Source: Candidatus Multivoradales bacterium (GTDB lineage: Bacteria; Acidobacteriota; Thermoanaerobaculia; Multivoradales; JAHEKO01). From it: 64,000 nucleotides of DNA. The stretch covers positions 2,320,900 through 2,384,899 of the forward strand of contig CBDCXM010000009.1 in assembly GCA_965223855.1 (NCBI GenBank), written 5' to 3'. This document shows, piece by piece, positions 11,794-21,179 of this stretch; position 1 is the first letter of the stretch, and each line of letters begins with the position of its first letter. A model generated the notes under the pieces. It saw only the letters and a program-made list of their open reading frames with translations, was not told the DNA's origin and did not search any database. A program made the position numbers and the translations under genes.

Positions 11794-13780
11794 ACGCGAG
11801 GAGCTCCCATCGTCGCTTGTCGACTTCCGGCGGCGCTCTGCGAGCCAGGCGTCGAGGTCTTCTCGGGCGTAGACGACCCGACGGCCGAGTTTGGAGAACG
11901 CGGGGCCACCGCCTCGAGAGCGCATCGTCTCCAGGGACGCTGGGCTGATGCTGAGGTACTGAGCAGCCAACGGTGTCGTGAACGCGCCGGGTTCCGAGAG
12001 CGGGCTGACGCCGGCTGGCGGAGCCGCTGCTCGCGGGCGTCTGGGCCGTCGACGTCTTGGTTCTTTGTCTTGGTTCGGCGGTCGTAAGGGAGGTGGGTGG
12101 GGAAGGAGGGGCGGAGCGAGAAGCTCCTCGAATTCTTGAAGATGTCCTAGACGGACCTTCGGCCGAACAGCATCTTCTGACTGTGAGGCCAGCGCTTCTT
12201 CGAAGCGCTGAGCGGAAACGGAATCGTCCAGAAGAGTGACGACGACGTCGAAACCAGCTTCGAGGTCTTTGCGGATGTTCTCGAGGACGTGGCCCTCGGT
12301 CATCTCGACCTCGATCGCGAGGTTCTTCCTCCCCACGGACACTAGAAGGTCTACGCGGGCGCCTTCCGACTCATCCTCAATGGAAGTGGAGAAGCCTTGT
12401 TCCTCGAGCCAATCGGCGATCGTCTTGACCCACCACTGGTGGGCGATGCCGCCGCGGCCGTATCCACTCGGTGCAGCGATGCCGAAGTCGGAGAGGAGCT
12501 GCCGGCCGGCCCGGGTGAACTCAAGAAGGATGAAACGCTCGCCACGGCCGCCGGGATTGACCGGCACCTCGCGGGCGAGATCTGCGTCGAGGACCGCCTT
12601 CTTGATCTCGCCTCCCTTCCACGCGCTCAAGCCGAGGTGCTCGTTCCGCTGACGGATCGAGAGGAACGGCTCCGTCGCCACGGATTCCAGGTAGTCGAGC
12701 TGCTCCTTGTCCAGCTGCGGCTCTGGGGGTTGCTCCCGGACTTTTTGCTCCCGGCCGCTTCCACTGGGTGAGGCGGCCTCGGCCTCCTCTTCCGTGGCCT
12801 GCCGCTGAGTCGGCGGATCAGCGGCGGAGCTCTCACTGGCCTCCCGGTGGTCCTCAGCAGGAGCACCGGCCCAGCGTCTCCTCGAGAGATCCTGAATCGT
12901 CGCTCGTCGTCGATTGGCCTCCGTGGGATCGAGTCTCGGGAGCCGCTCCGTCTTCAGGTTGAAGTCCGCATCCCGAGAACCGGCGCGGCAGATCGCTTCC
13001 CCAATACTCAGCCCCATCAGGTCGTCGGGGTCGAAGAAGGCGAAGCCCTTCTCGAGCTGCCTCGCATCCGCCTCACCCACTCGGAAGCAGACCCGGGTGT
13101 AGGCGTTGGCCAGCAACGAGCGTTCCACCTCGGGGACCGAAGCGTGAAGCTGATGGAGGTCCTGGTGGGCGACGGTGAGTCCCAGACCGTATTTCCTAAC
13201 GCCCGAGAAAAGAGACGCCATCGACGGGGTCGCCACGTGATGAAACTCGTCGATGTAGAGAAAGAATGGCCGCCTCGTGCTCGCTTCCTGGCGCGACCGA
13301 GCCATGGTTACCTGGTGGATCTTCGAAACCAGAAGTGACCCCAGGAGTGCGGCGTTCTCCTCTCCTATGGCTCCAGATGCGAGCTTGCCTAGGAAGATGA
13401 GGCCACCATCAGTCACTTCTCGGAAGTCCAGTCTCGGTCTGCGTGCCGTCACGACGTTGCGTACGAGTCGTGACCGAAGAAAGGTGTCGAGCCGGGTCAA
13501 GATCGGCGCCTGCGGCCGCTTGCCGATCAACATTGGAAACTCGGTCTCCCAGAACGAGGTGACGTGAGGGTCAGCGACCGTCGCGAGGATCTCCTTGCGG
13601 AAGTCCTCTTCGATCAGGAACCGTCGTAGATCGACCAGCGTTCCTCCACGCCTGCTCTCAAGGAAGACCATGATGGCGTTCGCGAGAACGGCGGTCATCT
13701 GGTCGCCCCAGGACGTCGAGAGTCGCCGGAAGACGCCTACGAGATCAGAAGCCAGGAGGTCCTTTTCGGTCTCAGTCTCC
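11791..13780 (-). pseudogene. 5'-truncated VirD4/TraD-like coupling ATPase fused to wHTH, PD-(D/E)XK-like domain and C-terminal HTH_17/AlpA-like excisionase domain
   Basis: Walker B FLYIDEFH, GVRKYGLGLTVAHQ, no Walker A; VDLLV...LAIEVE; C-terminal TTPLAAQYLSISPASLETMRSRGGGPAFSKLGRRVVYAREDLDAW; homologous frame extends to about 13780 without a start. Confidence 0.75.
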
Positions 13781-13781
13781 G

Positions 13782-14414
13782 GCGCTCGGCTACGGCAAAG
13801 GGCTGCATGACGCCCTGTCCGAGATCCACAAGCGGGCCCTCGACGGCGACATCGTCACGAAGACGTCGGCTGCGGCACTCGTCGACCGGCACCTGCACAC
13901 ACCATTCGCGTATCCCGCGTTGCGAGGCCAGCTCCGAGACGCAGGCGTCCAGGCAATCGAGCGGTATTTCGACACTCACGGCCAGGAGATCGCCAACACG
14001 GAGTTCTCCGAGAAGCAGATCCAGGTCCACATCGCACCCGGCATCACAGTCGACGGTCGTATCGACCTCATTCGTCGTCTCGACACTGATGAAGTAGCGG
14101 TCGTCGACTTCAAGTCCAGCGAGCGAGCCCAGGCCGAGGACGTGACACGAGACCAGCTTCACGTCTACGCCGTCGGGTATCAGGCACTCGCAGGAGAATC
14201 AGCGGACTTGATCGAGGTACTGAACCTCGACGAGAAGGGCAAGACGACCCGAGAGCAAGTGAACGAACCGCTCTTGAACTCCGTCAGGCACCGCATCCGT
14301 GACGCCGGCGAAGCGCTACGTACAGGCGAACTCCCGCGGCTTGCCGAATGGGACAACCATACGTGTGGGTCATGTGACCTCGTCGGCCTTTGCCGGACCC
14401 GTCTCGAGTCCTGA
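13782..14414 (+). pseudogene. 5'-truncated PD-(D/E)XK nuclease (AddB/RecB-like C-terminus of a UvrD-type helicase-nuclease)
   Basis: ALGYGKGLHDALSEIH...GRIDLI...VVDFKS...QLHVYA...CGSCDLVGLC; no start codon for the N-terminal part. Confidence 0.75.
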
Positions 14415-14437
14415 GGCACTCTACGTTCTCGAGTGCC
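14415..14437 (+). terminator. Hairpin after nuclease fragment
   Basis: GGCACTC-TACGTTCTC-GAGTGCC. Confidence 0.35.
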
Positions 14438-14494
14438 GTATCCCACCGCTGATCTCTAACCACGGGCTCGGCCCCCGAAGTGTCTAGTTGCATT

Positions 14495-14594
14495 TCAAGA
14501 GCGGCGCTCCACAAACTGGTCTCGTCCCCTGAGGGAACTGGCAGAAGAACTCGACCTGTCAGGCGTTGGGCTGGCAAAGGCGTGTAGGCGGCTC
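14495..14594 (+). pseudogene. Frameshifted relic of small HTH-like mobile-element protein (LVWSxPxxELAxxxxxSxVGLAKxCR type)
   Basis: SRAALHKLV then, in another frame, RPLRELAEELDLSGVGLAKACRRL. Confidence 0.5.
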
Positions 14595-14671
14595 GCGCAG
14601 TCGCTGACGTAGCTAGCTGGGCCAGTGTACTCGGCGCTGGTTGATTCGCGCGACCTGATAGTCTGAAGCAG

Positions 14672-15418
14672 ATGAGACAATGGGTTGGCGTTGTCGCCCT
14701 TCTTGGCCACTTGGCGTGTTCGAGCGAGCGTGAGTTCGAGGCCGCACAGCAAGCTCTTGAGAGCAGGAACTTCGCCGAGGCGATTGAGAGGTTCGAGGCC
14801 CTAGCAAACAAGGGTCATCCTCAAGCGCAGGGCTGGCTTGGGGACATGTATTGCCAGTACCAGTACGAACAGCTTGGGCGCGAAAAGCCAGTCGAGAAGA
14901 ACGAGGAGCTTGGCCGGAAGTGGCTCTTGGAGGCTGCGAAGAACGGTTCCCTTACGGCGCAGAATTCGCTCGCGATCTTCTACTCCCATGGGGCGTGTGG
15001 CTTCGAAGCAAGTACCACGGAAGCGATGCACTGGTGGAAAGAGGCTGCGGAAAGCGGCCATCCCTTCGCGCTTTCGCAACTGGCCAACGAGTATTTCTAC
15101 GGGCACACCACACCGAAGAACTACAAGGAGGCGTCGCGGCTCTATCTCGAAGCTGCTGCCTACGCCCCCGGGTTGTCGCTAATCAACCTCGGCGAGATGT
15201 ACCGAGATGGTTTGGGCGTGCCTCAAGATTACGCGGAAGCGTACTACTGGTTCAGTCTCGCGGTGCCAGATGCCCTCACCAAGTGGAACGCCCGGGAGTC
15301 GGGGAGGATCGCTGCACTCCGGGACGCCGTTGCGCAGGAGCTCTCCGCGGGGGAGTTGGCGGAGGTGCAGGAGAGGGCTTCTCGGTGGGAGCCAAAGAAG
15401 ATGCCGGAGCTACGATAG
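14672..15418 (+). CDS. Secreted Sel1-like repeat protein
   Basis: Repeated AQxxLGxMY / AxxWxxxAA units; signal or possible lipoprotein N-terminus. Confidence 0.85.
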   Translation: MRQWVGVVALLGHLACSSEREFEAAQQALESRNFAEAIERFEALANKGHPQAQGWLGDMYCQYQYEQLGREKPVEKNEELGRKWLLEAAKNGSLTAQNSLAIFYSHGACGFEASTTEAMHWWKEAAESGHPFALSQLANEYFYGHTTPKNYKEASRLYLEAAAYAPGLSLINLGEMYRDGLGVPQDYAEAYYWFSLAVPDALTKWNARESGRIAALRDAVAQELSAGELAEVQERASRWEPKKMPELR

Positions 15419-15457
15419 CCCAGAGGCGCCGGCACGCAGGGCAGGCTCTCAGGGTGC

Positions 15458-16687
15458 CTAGCCTGCCGTTTTGTCTTCCATAGCGTCTCGCATTGCCTTC
15501 GCACGCTCGTCAGCCGCTCGCTTGAGCGCGTCCGGCGCGAAGTGAGCGTAGGTCTCGGTCGAAGCGCGGGAGCGATGTCCGACGTTCTTGCCGGCGATCT
15601 CAAGCCCCACTCCTCTGGACACGTCCCAGCTGACGACGTTGTGCCTCAGGTCGTGTAGGCGAAGCGGTCCCAACCCCTCGAGATTGGCCAGGCCAGCACG
15701 CCCTCGGATCTTCACCCAAGGCTTCCGCACGGTCGTCAGGTGAGTGGAGAGGGCATGCCCAGGGAAGACAAAACGGCAGCCGGCAACTCTCTGCTGGCCG
15801 GAGAGGACTGCTAGAGCCTCTTCCGGTACTTGTCGATACTCTTCGTCGGCGGTTTTCGTGCGGACCAGCTTGGCCACTCCGCGCTCGAGGTCGAGGTTTG
15901 CCCACTCGAGGCCAAGCGCCTCGCCGATACGCCAGCCCGTCCAGAAGGCGACCCGTATCGCGGCGCAGGCGCTCGGACTTGCACCTGCAGCCTCCTCCTC
16001 ATCAATCGCCTTGAGGAGGGCAGCCATCTGCTCGGGGGTGAGCATGACTTCCTTCTTCGCACCCCGTCGCTCCTCCGGGTAGCGCTCCACGTGACGCGCC
16101 GGATTGCTGTGGTCAGATCGCCAGCCCCACGCCTCGGCCTGGTCGAGCGCCTGCTGCAGGACGGCGAGCACGCGATTGGCGGCGTATGGTCTGTTGCGCA
16201 GCGAGAGGTGAAGCTCTTCGACATCCGCGACTGTGAGCTCTTCGACGCGCTTGTCTCCGAAACGCGGCACGACATGGCAGCGGAGCAGGCTCTCGTAGCT
16301 ACTGACCGACGACGGCCTTGGGGGGCGCTTCTTGTTGGGTAGGTACTCGTTCAGGAAGCGGTCGGCGAGCATCGCGACGGTGGGGTCCGTGTCCGAGTCG
16401 CGGGAGATGCGGGGGTCCTCACCGGTCTGTACCTGGCGCGACGCCCGGACTGCCTTCTTGCGGGCGTCGTCCGCGGTCATGTCGCCGTGCTTGCCGAGTG
16501 TGATTCGCTTTGGCGCCTTGCGAGTGTTCTGCCCCTCCGTTCTGTACTGGTAGATGTAGACCTTGCGCCCGGCTGGGGTGACTTTGCAACCGAATCCGGT
16601 GAGGTTGGTGTCCCAGAGAAAGACATCCCGCGGTCCGGGTTTGAGGGCCTTGCGAATTGACTGCAGCAGGTGCGTGCTAGCATTCGA
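15458..16687 (-). CDS. Tyrosine integrase with Arm-DNA-binding domain (5' end unresolved)
   Basis: TGWRIGE (R), RLHDLRH (HxxR), VGH, TETYAH (Y); frame open to 16687 encoding FLWDTNLTGFGCKVTPAGRKVYIYQY; first in-frame ATG is at 16480. Confidence 0.88.
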   Translation of the reverse strand, partial: SNASTHLLQSIRKALKPGPRDVFLWDTNLTGFGCKVTPAGRKVYIYQYRTEGQNTRKAPKRITLGKHGDMTADDARKKAVRASRQVQTGEDPRISRDSDTDPTVAMLADRFLNEYLPNKKRPPRPSSVSSYESLLRCHVVPRFGDKRVEELTVADVEELHLSLRNRPYAANRVLAVLQQALDQAEAWGWRSDHSNPARHVERYPEERRGAKKEVMLTPEQMAALLKAIDEEEAAGASPSACAAIRVAFWTGWRIGEALGLEWANLDLERGVAKLVRTKTADEEYRQVPEEALAVLSGQQRVAGCRFVFPGHALSTHLTTVRKPWVKIRGRAGLANLEGLGPLRLHDLRHNVVSWDVSRGVGLEIAGKNVGHRSRASTETYAHFAPDALKRAADERAKAMRDAMEDKTAG

Positions 16688-16747
16688 CTATGTCCCTTAG
16701 TGTGATCTCGAGACGATCTTCCAAGGGCGCTTGGGACGCCTCAAGGA

Positions 16748-19700
16748 TTGCGATTGTCGTCTCGCCGTGACTATCAGCACCGCTACCGCGAGCGAGCGCC
16801 ACTAGATGAGCTCCGTCAGAGCTCTTCTTGGAAGAGCCTTCGAAGGCTCTGGAGTCACCAGCGAGAGGCCCTAGGTTTTGTCGAGCGCTATCTCGCAGAC
16901 GCTCCTGAGAACAAGAGCTGGGCGTCGCTACTCCGGCTGCCTACTGGCACCGGGAAGACGGGCATCATGGCCGTTGCTGCGAACTTTCTCGCTCCTGCGG
17001 GCCACGTCCTCATCGTCGCCCCAAGTACTTACCTGACTTTCCAGCTTCACGGAGCTCTAGTGTGCTCCTTCTGGGACGTCATCAAGGCACAACCCTCGAG
17101 GGGACCGAAGCCAACCATCGTCTTCACCCCGACTGTGCTTCGAGATCTTGAAGAGTTCCCCAGGGAGCCTTGCGTCTGGGTCTGCACCACGACAACCCTG
17201 CAGCTGCTGCATGCGGCCTATCTAGGCGAGTCCGGAGCGGCGAACGCGGCCCGATGGGCAGAGTGCTTTGGGCAACTACTGGAGTTGATCGAAGTTGTTC
17301 TTGTCGACGAGGGGCATCGAGAGCCAGCGAAAGAGTGGGCAAGGGCCGTTCGGCGCTTCGGGAGTCCTACGATTCTGTTTTCGGCAACGCCGTATAGGAA
17401 CGATCTTCGCTTCTTTAGGGTCGGCCGCGACAGCGATCGCTATCAGCAGCAGTATCGATTCCACACAGCCGTCTCGCGGCGGACGATTCGAGACGTCCGG
17501 TTTGTGCCGGCCCTGGAGGCCTACTCGCACCCGCCGGAGGATGATCTTCGTCGTCCTCGCCGCCTTCTGAACTCAGCCCGACACTTCTCCAAACAGCTAC
17601 TCGACTTCTACGAGTCCGAACTCCTCCCAAACCTGCCAGCCGATGTCGTCACGCCGCGTGTGATCGTCCGCTGCGAGACAGGGGCCGCCGTAGAGGCAGT
17701 AAAGGACTCGATTGAGCGGGAGTTAGTCGCGCGCAACGCTGGAGTTCTGGCGAGCTCCCAGGTCTTGGCGGTTCACGATCGATTCAAAGCCTCGAAGGCT
17801 CCTAACGAGTACCCAAGCGTCCCGCGCCGCGAGAGCCTAGGGGAGGAGTACCCCGACGATGCGGTCTACTGGGTGCACCAATACAAACTCACAGAGGGGC
17901 TCGACGACAGAGACTTCTGTGCGGTCGCTTTCTTCCAGCGGTTCAAGAATTCCCGAGGCCTTGTTCAGCAAGTGGGCCGGATCTTGCGGAATCCAGGTCG
18001 AGGCGACCGACCAGCACTTGTCTTCCACGATCCGAGGGACGACCTTGGAGAGGAGTTCGAGGGCTACCGGTCTTTTGAGCGTGCACCGAGGTCGATCGTT
18101 GGCCCGGAGGAAATCGTCTTCGAGTTCGCTAAGGCCCTCCCAGATTGGTTCTACTTCGGAGGCCGCTATCGAGAAGCGATTGACTACGGGCGGGGCGACC
18201 GAGAGTACATTGAGGATGTGATCAAGGGGCTCCGGGTTAGGAAGACTGCGTTGGTCTTTCGAAGTCGACGTGGGCCAACCGAGAGCGAACTCAAGAGCAT
18301 TCTCTTAGAGTACTCGGAGGCCCTTGAAGAGAAGGACTCGGTTGAAATCGGACTATGGTCCAAGACAGAGCCGTCGCACCAGGTAGGGGTGGTCTTGCAT
18401 TGCCGCATCGAACAGACGCCCTACCTGTGCGATCGAGCCTTTTTCGACATCTCCCTGTCGCCAAGTGTCTTCTACTGGAGGCAGGGCTTCTTCTTTCTTC
18501 AAGGCAGCAGCTCTGCCGTTCCAACGAGGTTGGTTGGAGAAGTAAAGCCGGTGGAGCCTCACGCTCTGGAGGCCCTCCTCCCGCCAGACGTGACTCGCTT
18601 CACGCAGGTCTCCTTGACCAACTGTGACCTCGGCCGATCCAGCCTACGGCGGCGAGCAATTGCCGCGTATGCTCTGGAGGACATCGCGCCAGGTCTGGGG
18701 GATCACTTCCAGTTCGCCTCGGCTGCGGTCGGTTCGGTCCACGAGAGTGGGGTTGACTCTCGTCGGTACCTTGGTTTCACGCGGTCCCGTGTAACGCAGC
18801 CTGAGGCGGAGAATGGCGACATTGCTGCGTTCATGAAGTGGGCCGACAGCCTGGTTGGTGGCCTCCGGAAGCCGCCGGACCGATCACATCCGGTTCTTCA
18901 ACGCTTCGCCCAGTATGTGTCAGCGGGCGAAGATGAGCAGGCCCGCCACATCTTGCTGGAGTTCGATGAATTCTTCAACGTCTACCAGTCGGGTCTTTTC
19001 GGTGAGACCTTCAGTTCTCTAGCTGCCGACGTCGATCCAGACGACGGAACATTCAGTTGTCAGGTCGGAGACCGCGAGATTCTGGGCAAAGTCAAGTACA
19101 GGAGAGGGCGGTTCTATCTGGAATCTAGACAACTCGATGAGGACTTCGAGCCTCGTGATGAGAACGTACGACTTCACCCCACAACATTTCTGACTCAGAG
19201 GGCTCACTTTCGAGTTGTCACTTCAGAAGGCAAGCTCTACGCCGACGGTCGTTTCTATCTTCCACGAACTCCGCTCTGGGAGAACGGACGCCTGGAGGAC
19301 CTAGGGATCTTTCACTCAGTACCCTCGCTTGGGGAAGTCACCAAGAAGGAGAAAGGGGGAAAGGGTAAGTTCTCCCGGCTCCCAGATGAGAAGCTGACCT
19401 GGGAGGAGGGGAGTGTCTTTCATGTGATCGATGCAGATCCGGCGCTATTCGAAGCGGCTGACTTCAACCCAGATCTCCTGGTTTGCGACGATCTCGGCAC
19501 AGAGCTGGCGGACTTCTTCGCTCTGGATCTGGCGAAAGGAAAGATCTGCCAGATTCACGCAAAAGCCTACGGAGGAGATGAGGCTTTCTCCGCAGGAGCA
19601 AGTCCGTTTCATGATGTGCATGCCCAGGTCGTAAAGAACTTGGAGTACCTTAACCCTGTCCATACCGTTGCTCCGGACCGGTCAAGACGATGGAACGGGG

Positions 19701-20011
19701 TCTGGAAGTGGAACAAGAAGAGTAAGCAAGGAGTGCGGCGTATTCGTAGGGCCCCAGCGGGATTCACGGGAGCGAGAATTGCCGACGAAGTGAATGGCCT
19801 GGTGCGATCGGTCGAGACCCAGAAGGAGGTCTGGGTCGTTCTGGGGAAGGGGTTTGCAGTCAAGGAGCTCCTGGCAGCAGTTGGAGGCGGGAAAGTGCCT
19901 GACTATCACTCAGTGCAACTGCTCTATCTACTACAGAGCTGCAATGACCAAGTCTCGGCAGTTGGGGCCAAACTTCGGGTCTTCACGGTGGATACAAGGC
20001 CAGGAGGCTGA
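16748..20011 (+). CDS. SF2 (ResIII-like) helicase fused to C-terminal PD-(D/E)XK-like nuclease; candidate anti-phage protein
   Basis: PTGTGKT, DEGH, SAT, LTEGLD, QQVGRILR; C-terminal CDDLGTELADF...QIHAK. Confidence 0.8.
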   Translation: MRLSSRRDYQHRYRERAPLDELRQSSSWKSLRRLWSHQREALGFVERYLADAPENKSWASLLRLPTGTGKTGIMAVAANFLAPAGHVLIVAPSTYLTFQLHGALVCSFWDVIKAQPSRGPKPTIVFTPTVLRDLEEFPREPCVWVCTTTTLQLLHAAYLGESGAANAARWAECFGQLLELIEVVLVDEGHREPAKEWARAVRRFGSPTILFSATPYRNDLRFFRVGRDSDRYQQQYRFHTAVSRRTIRDVRFVPALEAYSHPPEDDLRRPRRLLNSARHFSKQLLDFYESELLPNLPADVVTPRVIVRCETGAAVEAVKDSIERELVARNAGVLASSQVLAVHDRFKASKAPNEYPSVPRRESLGEEYPDDAVYWVHQYKLTEGLDDRDFCAVAFFQRFKNSRGLVQQVGRILRNPGRGDRPALVFHDPRDDLGEEFEGYRSFERAPRSIVGPEEIVFEFAKALPDWFYFGGRYREAIDYGRGDREYIEDVIKGLRVRKTALVFRSRRGPTESELKSILLEYSEALEEKDSVEIGLWSKTEPSHQVGVVLHCRIEQTPYLCDRAFFDISLSPSVFYWRQGFFFLQGSSSAVPTRLVGEVKPVEPHALEALLPPDVTRFTQVSLTNCDLGRSSLRRRAIAAYALEDIAPGLGDHFQFASAAVGSVHESGVDSRRYLGFTRSRVTQPEAENGDIAAFMKWADSLVGGLRKPPDRSHPVLQRFAQYVSAGEDEQARHILLEFDEFFNVYQSGLFGETFSSLAADVDPDDGTFSCQVGDREILGKVKYRRGRFYLESRQLDEDFEPRDENVRLHPTTFLTQRAHFRVVTSEGKLYADGRFYLPRTPLWENGRLEDLGIFHSVPSLGEVTKKEKGGKGKFSRLPDEKLTWEEGSVFHVIDADPALFEAADFNPDLLVCDDLGTELADFFALDLAKGKICQIHAKAYGGDEAFSAGASPFHDVHAQVVKNLEYLNPVHTVAPDRSRRWNGVWKWNKKSKQGVRRIRRAPAGFTGARIADEVNGLVRSVETQKEVWVVLGKGFAVKELLAAVGGGKVPDYHSVQLLYLLQSCNDQVSAVGAKLRVFTVDTRPGG

Positions 20012-20098
20012 GGCTTGAGGAGACCCAAGCGACCGTTCTGGACGGCTGGGTGTCGGAGCTGACTACGGGACGGAAGCCCTATTGAAAGGAAACTGACG

Positions 20099-20689
20099 AT
20101 GGAGATCACCCTGGATCCTGAGAATGAAACCCGCGCGACCAGGAGGCTCCAAGCTCTGCTGGGCCTAGGAGCTGCAGAGGCGGAGGCGCTGCTGAGCGCA
20201 GCCGTTGAGGGGGCCGTGGACCGGACACTCGAGCGCGTTGGAGGCTCGGCTCCTGTTCCGACGAGCGTTGTTGCAACTCGCGCCGAGGAGTTGCGATATT
20301 GCTGCCTGCGCGCTAACCGAATCCTGGAGCGCCGCGAGGTAGAGGTGCTGTTTAGGATCGCGGCGAGTGGTGCAAGAGCGATCTTGACGACGACGCGGGC
20401 GACCTATGAAGAATCTCTTCAAGAGCAGTTCGCCTCGCGAATGCGCGAAGACGCTAGGGTTGAAGAGACTGGGAACGTTGAAGATGGGCAGACTTATACC
20501 ATTGGCTTCTCAGAAGTCGCGAATTTTGAAACCGCGAAGGCCCTGCTGCGTCGCAGGAACTTGCACGTCTATTGTGAGTCGAACCAGCATGGAAAGACGC
20601 TGGCGCTCCCGCGTGAGATCACGATCGAGGGGGTGGCGATCAATCCGCTCGAGGAGCTAGGATTTGATCAACCCGGGCAAGATGCCTGA
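20099..20689 (+). CDS. Hypothetical soluble protein (possible HTH segment)
   Basis: RBS AAGGAA upstream of ATG; coherent 196-aa ORF; EVEVLFRIAASGARAIL. Confidence 0.65.
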   Translation: MEITLDPENETRATRRLQALLGLGAAEAEALLSAAVEGAVDRTLERVGGSAPVPTSVVATRAEELRYCCLRANRILERREVEVLFRIAASGARAILTTTRATYEESLQEQFASRMREDARVEETGNVEDGQTYTIGFSEVANFETAKALLRRRNLHVYCESNQHGKTLALPREITIEGVAINPLEELGFDQPGQDA

Positions 20690-20698
20690 GTTTCGAGC

Positions 20699-21076
20699 AT
20701 GACGGTCACCATGTCCGAATACTCATCTGCGGTCCACCAGATAGGCCAGATCGCGAACTTACTTGGCCTCTTTCTCGCCCTCCTAGCTCTGTTTACCTCG
20801 GAGCAGGCGCGGCGCCTAGGAGAGGAGAAGCGCCGAACGGGGAATCCCGACCAGGCCAATTGCCGGACCATCGTTGGCTTAAGCGCAGCGTTGGGCACGG
20901 TAACGCTCGCCGGAGTGGTGTCGATGGCTCCACTAATGTGGCGGTGCGTCGCAACCTTCGAGATGGGGAGGCGGGTCGATCCTGTGCTGACAGTCTTCGT
21001 TCTTGTGTGGTCCCTGCTGATCGCTCTAGTAGTGTGGCAGTTCAGGCTTGCGAAGGGCGCTTGGCCTCACTCTTGA
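20699..21076 (+). CDS. Small 3-TM membrane protein
   Basis: Three hydrophobic segments; 9 bp after previous stop. Confidence 0.65.
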   Translation: MTVTMSEYSSAVHQIGQIANLLGLFLALLALFTSEQARRLGEEKRRTGNPDQANCRTIVGLSAALGTVTLAGVVSMAPLMWRCVATFEMGRRVDPVLTVFVLVWSLLIALVVWQFRLAKGAWPHS

Positions 21077-21179
21077 TCCTGGCTGCCAGGCCTTTTGGGA
21101 CTAGCTCGCAAGGAGGGGGTCACGTCACGATGACTCGGCCGCTCAACCAACGCTTCCTGCCGAGAGGACTCGTGCAGCG

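Noticed and set aside
13782-14414. PD-(D/E)XK protein with terminal Cys cluster as Cas4
   Set aside because: No CRISPR context; the sequence fits the C-terminal nuclease of UvrD/AddB-like proteins and is 5'-truncated.
16748-20011. Type III restriction Res subunit or Hachiman HamB assignment
   Set aside because: No Mod methylase or separate HamA gene is adjacent and the nuclease-like domain is fused; left unassigned pending HMM search.
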